A stretch of 64,000 bases of DNA from Acinetobacter sp. (lineage in GTDB: Bacteria > Pseudomonadota > Gammaproteobacteria > Pseudomonadales > Moraxellaceae), in the NCBI RefSeq assembly GCF_041919735.1, contig NZ_JAYRTF010000016.1, positions 14,459 through 78,458 on the forward strand, in the 5' to 3' direction. The notes beneath the pieces were generated by a model. That model ran no database searches. It was not told the DNA's origin and saw nothing but the letters and a program-made list of their open reading frames with translations. The position numbers and the translations under genes are program-made. Positions 58,442 to 64,000 of this stretch are shown here, piece after piece (position 1 is the stretch's first letter; each line of letters starts with the position of its first letter).

Positions 58442-61123
58442 TTACACTCCTACCGCGACTGAAACAGGCTCTGCAAGAGATACCGTTGGCGCAAGGCCAA
58501 TTGGGTAACCGATATAACCTGTAGGTAAATAATCAATGACTTGAACTGGAAGCACGATTGAAGTCTCACCAGCTTGCACTGTAATTTTTTGACCATCCTG
58601 CACATTCAAGCGCGCAGCATCCTGCTCGCCCACGGCAAACATCGCTTCAGGAATACGCGATTCCATTGCCGGTGTTTTCACCGTAAATTCGCCGGAAGCG
58701 AAGATATGATGCATCGGCACAAGGCGGAAGCTTTCTGGATTCACAGCAACCGGTGCAGGCGCAACGTATGTGCGTACTGGACGTTTCGGCAAACGGTCGA
58801 ATAAACGGATGCCTGAATCGCCGCCTTTCAAATGGCCGCCCACTTGATCTTGGAATTTGTTCCAAGCTTGCGGTGAGTTCCAGCCCGCAGACCATGCAAA
58901 TGGCACCAGCGGAGACGGTGTTTCGCTGCCGACATAACCTTCCATAGAGAATGTTAATGCAGTATCAGTATCCACCGGCTGTTTTGGTTCATGAACAGAC
59001 AGCGGCGCGCGCATTGCTGTACGGCCAGAGTAACGGCGCGGTTCACGTGCTACTTTCAGACCGTGTACACGGAAGCCTGCGTCTGGAGCAACGTCTTGAA
59101 TCGCCTCAAGCGCAGGTACGTTTTTCGCAACTGACTCAATCACATCATCAAGCAAAGTCCAAGAAATCGCTTTGTCTTGCACGCCAGTTTCAATGGCATG
59201 CAGCCAGCGCCAAGACTCTTTGATCGCCAGTTCCGGTTTGTAGTAGCTTGGGTCATACACTTGGTAGAAACGCTGTGCACGGCCTTCTTGCGATACCACA
59301 GTACCGTCGCCTTCAGCAAATGAAGCGGCAGAAAGCACGATATCGGCTTTTTTCACGGTTTCAGTTTCAGAGTGATCAAGAACAATCACATCTTTGCCTG
59401 AAAGCGCGGCATCCACTTGAACGGCCGGCAAACGTCGGTACAAGTCATTTTCCACCACAACAACGGTGTCAAAGTCTTGCGCAAAAGCTTGTTCTAAGCT
59501 TTGACCGCCTAGAATCGCCAAGCCCATTGAGTTCACTTCAGGAACAGTCAATGTCAAGCCTGCATTTGAACCGAGGTTCTGCGCAACTTGTGCAGCCGCT
59601 TCCATGATGGCAGCATCTTGCAAGCTGGTACCAGAAACAATCAATGGTTTTTTGGCAGCTTTCAAAGTATCCGCAATAGTTTGCGCAAATACTTTCGCAT
59701 CATCCGCCAAACCAGTAATCGCTTCGCCTTTGACGCCCGCAGCGATTGCAAAGCCCAAACGCGCGATGTCGTTAGGAGAGGCAACAACCTCACCCTCAGC
59801 AACGTCAGCTAAACGGGTTTGCGTAGCCGCTAAGATGTAAATCGGAGATTTTGCATCTTGACCGATACGCTGTACAGGTTCAGCCAGCCAATCTTGCGTG
59901 CGGCGCTCTGCAGCCATTTCTTTAGCTTTGTTTTTCGCAGCTTGGCGAACAGACAGAGCCATGCGAGGCGCAGTTTGCGTTAAGTCTTCACCTAAGATCA
60001 GAACCGCATCATAGCTTTCAATTTCACGCATTGTCGGGTTGTATACACCCTCGGTTTGCATGATTGAAGCAGCCAATTCAACCAAGTTCTGCTCTTTTTG
60101 AGACATACCGGTTGAATAGTTGTCCTGACCGACAAGCTCGCGAAGCGCATAGTTCGATTCAAGTGAAGCGCGCGGCGAACCGATACCCAAAACTTTTTTG
60201 CCTTGGATTTTTGCAATCACTGTATCTAAAGCAGTATCTACAGAAACAGTTTCTACGGTTGCGCCATTGCGGAATTGCGGCTGACGAGGACGGTCTGCAC
60301 GGTTCACATAACCTGTGCCGAAACGGCCTTTGTCGCAAAGGAAGTATTGGTTCACATCACCGTTGAAACGGTTTTCTACACGGCGAAGCTCACCATAACG
60401 CTCACCCGGAGAAATGTTGCAGCCTGAAGAACAGCCTTGGCATACGCTTGGCGCATACTGCATGTCCCATTTACGGTTGTAGCGTTCTGAGTGAGTTTTA
60501 TCGGTGAATACACCTGTTGGGCAAACTTCAGTCAAGTTGCCAGAGAATTCAGATTCTAAAGTACCTGATTCTGGACGGCCGAAGTAAACGCGTGAAGCGT
60601 TTGCATACACACCGAAGTCTGTACCGCCGGCATAGTCTTTGTAGTAACGCACACAGCGGTAACAAGCGATACAGCGGTTCATTTCGTGAGAAATGAATGA
60701 ACCGAGCTCTTGGTTGTAGTGCGTACGTTTCGTGAAGCGGTAACGGCGGCGGTCATGCTGCGTCATCACAGTCATATCTTGCAAATGACAGTGGCCGCCC
60801 TCTTCACAGACTGGACAGTCGTGCGGGTGGTTGGTCATCAGGAATTCAACAACAGAAGCGCGGAAATTTTTCGCTTCATTGTCTTCAATCGAGATGTAGG
60901 TATTGTCAGATGCAGGCGTCATGCACGACATTACTAAACGGCCGCGGGTATCCTCTGGATTCGCGTACTGAGTAACGGCGCACTGACGGCAAGAACCGAC
61001 AGAACCTAAGGATGGATGCCAACAAAAGTATGGGATGTCAATGCCAAGACTCAAACATGCTTGCAGCAAGTTTTCCGAGCCGTTGACTTCATACGATTTT
61101 CCATCGACATGAATTGTAGCCAT
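58442..61123 (-). CDS. nuoG: NADH-quinone oxidoreductase subunit G
   Basis: [40 protein letters not shown]. Confidence 0.98.
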   Translation of the reverse strand: MATIHVDGKSYEVNGSENLLQACLSLGIDIPYFCWHPSLGSVGSCRQCAVTQYANPEDTRGRLVMSCMTPASDNTYISIEDNEAKNFRASVVEFLMTNHPHDCPVCEEGGHCHLQDMTVMTQHDRRRYRFTKRTHYNQELGSFISHEMNRCIACYRCVRYYKDYAGGTDFGVYANASRVYFGRPESGTLESEFSGNLTEVCPTGVFTDKTHSERYNRKWDMQYAPSVCQGCSSGCNISPGERYGELRRVENRFNGDVNQYFLCDKGRFGTGYVNRADRPRQPQFRNGATVETVSVDTALDTVIAKIQGKKVLGIGSPRASLESNYALRELVGQDNYSTGMSQKEQNLVELAASIMQTEGVYNPTMREIESYDAVLILGEDLTQTAPRMALSVRQAAKNKAKEMAAERRTQDWLAEPVQRIGQDAKSPIYILAATQTRLADVAEGEVVASPNDIARLGFAIAAGVKGEAITGLADDAKVFAQTIADTLKAAKKPLIVSGTSLQDAAIMEAAAQVAQNLGSNAGLTLTVPEVNSMGLAILGGQSLEQAFAQDFDTVVVVENDLYRRLPAVQVDAALSGKDVIVLDHSETETVKKADIVLSAASFAEGDGTVVSQEGRAQRFYQVYDPSYYKPELAIKESWRWLHAIETGVQDKAISWTLLDDVIESVAKNVPALEAIQDVAPDAGFRVHGLKVAREPRRYSGRTAMRAPLSVHEPKQPVDTDTALTFSMEGYVGSETPSPLVPFAWSAGWNSPQAWNKFQDQVGGHLKGGDSGIRLFDRLPKRPVRTYVAPAPVAVNPESFRLVPMHHIFASGEFTVKTPAMESRIPEAMFAVGEQDAARLNVQDGQKITVQAGETSIVLPVQVIDYLPTGYIGYPIGLAPTVSLAEPVSVAVGV

Positions 61124-61134
61124 AGTCGAATTCC

Positions 61135-62463
61135 TTAAGCTTGTTCTGCGTTGCCAACTTGAGCAGCAGCATTCACTACTTTTGCTTCAAATTCGCCACG
61201 GAAATGTTTGAGTGCGCCCATTAACGGTTCCATCGCACCTGGAGCGTGGGCACAGAAAGTTTTACCAATCCAAAGCTTACGAGTTAACTCTTGTAAGTGG
61301 TCGATGTCTTCTTTCTTGCCGGTACCGTCTTCCAGCGCTTTCAGCGCTTTGACCGCCCAAGGCAAACCGTCACGGCAAGGTGTACACCAGCCGCATGACT
61401 CACGCGCAAAGAATTCTTCCAGATTACGTGTAGCTGAAACCATGCATTGAGTTTCATCTACAACCATCAGCAAGCAAGTACCCAAACGAGAACCGGCTTT
61501 CATGATGCTTTCAGCATCCATTGGAAGATCAATATGCTCAGCTGCCAAGAAGTCAGTTGATGCGCCGCCTGGAAGCCAAGCTTTCAGTTTCAGGCCATCA
61601 CGCATGCCGCCAGCATGCTCTTCAATCACTTCACGTGCAGTTGTGCCGAAAGGCAATTCCCAAAGGCCTGGGTATTTCACCTTGCCTGAAGCGCCATAAA
61701 TCTTGGTGCCTGGATCTTTCGATTTGCCTGCTGACAAGCCGATATACCATTCTGGACCGCGAAGCATGATTGCCGGCAAGTTGTTATAGGTTTCAACGTT
61801 GTTGACAATCGTAGGACGGCCCCATGCACCAGCAACTTGCGGGAATGGCGGTTTCGTACGCGGATTCGCGCGGCGGCCTTCCAGCGAGTTGATCAATGCA
61901 GTTTCTTCACCGCAGATATAACGGCCTGCGCCTGTATGCACGTGCAGCTCAAAGTTCCAGCCAGTACCCAGGATGTTTTCACCCAAGTAGCCTTTCGCGC
62001 GGATTTGCTCTAATGCTTCGTTCAAGTACTGCGCCGCTTCGATGTATTCGCCGCGGATGAAGATATAGCCTTGAGTCGCTTCAAGGGTATAGCCTGCAAT
62101 CAGCATACCTTCGATCAATTGGTGAGGAAGTTTTTCCATCAGCAAACGGTCTTTGAAAGTACCTGGTTCCATTTCATCGGCATTGCAGATCAGGTAACGA
62201 GGGCCGCCGTCATTTGGCGCCATCAAAGACCATTTAATCCCTGCTGGGAAACCTGCACCGCCGCGGCCTTTTACCGTCGCCGCTTTAATCACTTCAAGCA
62301 CTTCTTTCGGCTGCATGCCTAAAGCTTTTTTAAAGCCTGCATAGCCTTCAAGTGTCTCGTAGTCATCTGCAGCGCGAACGTGCTCTTGCTTGCTCAAGCG
62401 CCAAGTCAGCGGATGAGTTTCTGGATTACCGTCGCCATAAATTGGTTTTGGTTCAGTATTCAT
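61135..62463 (-). CDS. nuoF: NADH-quinone oxidoreductase subunit F
   Basis: [44 protein letters not shown]. Confidence 0.98.
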   Translation of the reverse strand: MNTEPKPIYGDGNPETHPLTWRLSKQEHVRAADDYETLEGYAGFKKALGMQPKEVLEVIKAATVKGRGGAGFPAGIKWSLMAPNDGGPRYLICNADEMEPGTFKDRLLMEKLPHQLIEGMLIAGYTLEATQGYIFIRGEYIEAAQYLNEALEQIRAKGYLGENILGTGWNFELHVHTGAGRYICGEETALINSLEGRRANPRTKPPFPQVAGAWGRPTIVNNVETYNNLPAIMLRGPEWYIGLSAGKSKDPGTKIYGASGKVKYPGLWELPFGTTAREVIEEHAGGMRDGLKLKAWLPGGASTDFLAAEHIDLPMDAESIMKAGSRLGTCLLMVVDETQCMVSATRNLEEFFARESCGWCTPCRDGLPWAVKALKALEDGTGKKEDIDHLQELTRKLWIGKTFCAHAPGAMEPLMGALKHFRGEFEAKVVNAAAQVGNAEQA

Positions 62464-62969
62464 ACATACTTCTCCAATAACTGTTTAATTGATGTCACTT
62501 CAACCAGACCGTGAGTGTCTTCATCAATCATCAACGTTGGGCCTTTGTCGCAGTTCCCTAAGCAGCAGATCGGAAGCAAAGTGAAACGGCCATCTGCAGT
62601 CGTTTGACCGAACTGGATGCCGAGTTCACGCTGGAATGCTTCAGCTAAAGTTTCTGCGCCCATCAGGAAGCAGGCAATTGAGTCACACAATAAAATTACG
62701 TGACGGCCCACAGGTTGACGGTAAATACGGTTGTAGAATGTTGCCACACCTTCAAGGTCGGCAAGGCTCATGCTCAGCAATTGAGCAATCGCATTCATTT
62801 GCGCATCATCGACCCAGCCGTTGCGGCGCTGAACGCATTTCAATGCATCCAAACATGCTGCGCGCGGGTACGGATAATGCTCGATGTGGTGTTGAATATC
62901 ATGGATTTCTTCCGCAGTTAAAATCCCTTCAACATTCACACGCGGTTTTTTGTCAGTCAAAATCATCAT
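62460..62969 (-). CDS. nuoE: NADH-quinone oxidoreductase subunit E
   Basis: CDSIAC and [10 protein letters not shown] 2Fe-2S motifs. Confidence 0.97.
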   Translation of the reverse strand: MMILTDKKPRVNVEGILTAEEIHDIQHHIEHYPYPRAACLDALKCVQRRNGWVDDAQMNAIAQLLSMSLADLEGVATFYNRIYRQPVGRHVILLCDSIACFLMGAETLAEAFQRELGIQFGQTTADGRFTLLPICCLGNCDKGPTLMIDEDTHGLVEVTSIKQLLEKYV

Positions 62970-62983
62970 AATGCGTTTACCCC

Positions 62984-64000
62984 TTAGCGATCCACGTCAG
63001 CCATTACGACGTCAATGGTCGCTAAATAAATGATTAAGTCAGACATTAAGCTGCCGTTAATCACAGAAGGCATCTGCTGCAAGTGCGTGAAGGTTGGTGT
63101 ACGGATACGGGTACGGTAACTCATCGTTGACTTGTCTGAAGTCAAGTAGTAGTTCGATGCACCTTTTACCACTTCAGCCATAACAGAAGCTTCGCCTGCC
63201 GGCATTACAGGACCCCATGACACGCTCAAGAAGTGCGTAATCAAGGTTTCGATGTCTTGCAAAGTCTTATCTTTAGGCGGTGGAACAGCCAGCGGATGGT
63301 CTGCTTTGTACGCGCCAGACGGCATGTTGTCTAAACATTGCTTGATGATTTTCAGCGATTGTTCGATTTCACGGAAGTGAACCAGAACACGCGCATACGC
63401 ATCGCCTTCATACTCTAAAGGCACTTCGAAGTCGTAGTTTTCATAACCGCTGTAAGGACGGTATTTACGCACGTCAAAGTCGATACCTGTAGCGCGAAGG
63501 CCTGTACCTGTTACGCCCCACGCCAATGCAGATTTCGCATCGTATTGCGCAACGTTGCGGGTACGGCCAACAAACACTGAGTTTTTCAGTGCTGCGGTAT
63601 AGTACTCTTTCAGGCGGCTCGGCATCCAATCCAGAATTTCACGGATCAGCTTGTCCCAGCCATTTGGCAAGTCATGCGCAGTACCGCCGATACGGAACCA
63701 TGCTGGATGCATGCGGTAACCGGTGATCGCTTCAACAGCATCATAGATTTTCTGACGGTCGGCGAACATATAGAAGACTGGCGTCATACCGCCGGCATCC
63801 TGAATTGCAGTCCCGATATACAATAAATGGTTATTGATGCGGAACAATTCAGACAGCATCACACGGATGCATTGCGCGCGGTCAGGAACAGTAATGCCCG
63901 CCATTTGCTCTACGCCTAAAACGTAAGGCATGTTTTGCGCACAGCCGCCCAAGTAGTCGACACGGTCGGTATACGGAATGAATGAATGCCAAGTTTGACG
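62984..64000 (-). CDS. nuoC: NADH-quinone oxidoreductase subunit C/D (5' part outside the window)
   Basis: The frame stays open to the window edge ([19 protein letters not shown]) and ends [11 protein letters not shown] fused NuoCD is typical of gammaproteobacteria, but the fusion itself cannot be seen here. Confidence 0.93.
   Translation of the reverse strand, partial: RQTWHSFIPYTDRVDYLGGCAQNMPYVLGVEQMAGITVPDRAQCIRVMLSELFRINNHLLYIGTAIQDAGGMTPVFYMFADRQKIYDAVEAITGYRMHPAWFRIGGTAHDLPNGWDKLIREILDWMPSRLKEYYTAALKNSVFVGRTRNVAQYDAKSALAWGVTGTGLRATGIDFDVRKYRPYSGYENYDFEVPLEYEGDAYARVLVHFREIEQSLKIIKQCLDNMPSGAYKADHPLAVPPPKDKTLQDIETLITHFLSVSWGPVMPAGEASVMAEVVKGASNYYLTSDKSTMSYRTRIRTPTFTHLQQMPSVINGSLMSDLIIYLATIDVVMADVDR

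Noticed and set aside
50989-64000. nuo operon overlaps and antisense ORFs
   Set aside because: Canonical gene order and translational coupling; nothing unusual seen.

Overview
Acinetobacter-type chromosomal segment, judged from gene order and protein sequences. The conserved backbone is the Pil-Chp chemosensory operon (chpA partial, pilJ, pilI, pilH, pilG), an RND efflux pair, proS, dcd, apbC/mrp, metG, fpr with its divergent LysR (gigC), upp and nuoN-nuoCD (partial). No rRNA, tRNA, CRISPR array, transposase or integrase was recognised. Three stretches stand out. (1) A DIP1984-family coiled-coil gene (35636-36091) is followed immediately by about 290 nt of non-coding sequence that folds into a nested multi-helix structure with repeated short motifs, a candidate protein + ncRNA system. 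(2) An AT-rich PIN-like nuclease ORF just after metG is bracketed by two 154-bp, about 90% identical structured direct repeats and by an inverted pair of near-identical hairpins, giving a cassette-like module. (3) Four secreted FilA/DUF6160-like genes form an operon with no assembly genes nearby, and one carries a roughly 200-residue helical hairpin insert. Family assignments come from motif recognition and recall only; no searches or folding programs were run.
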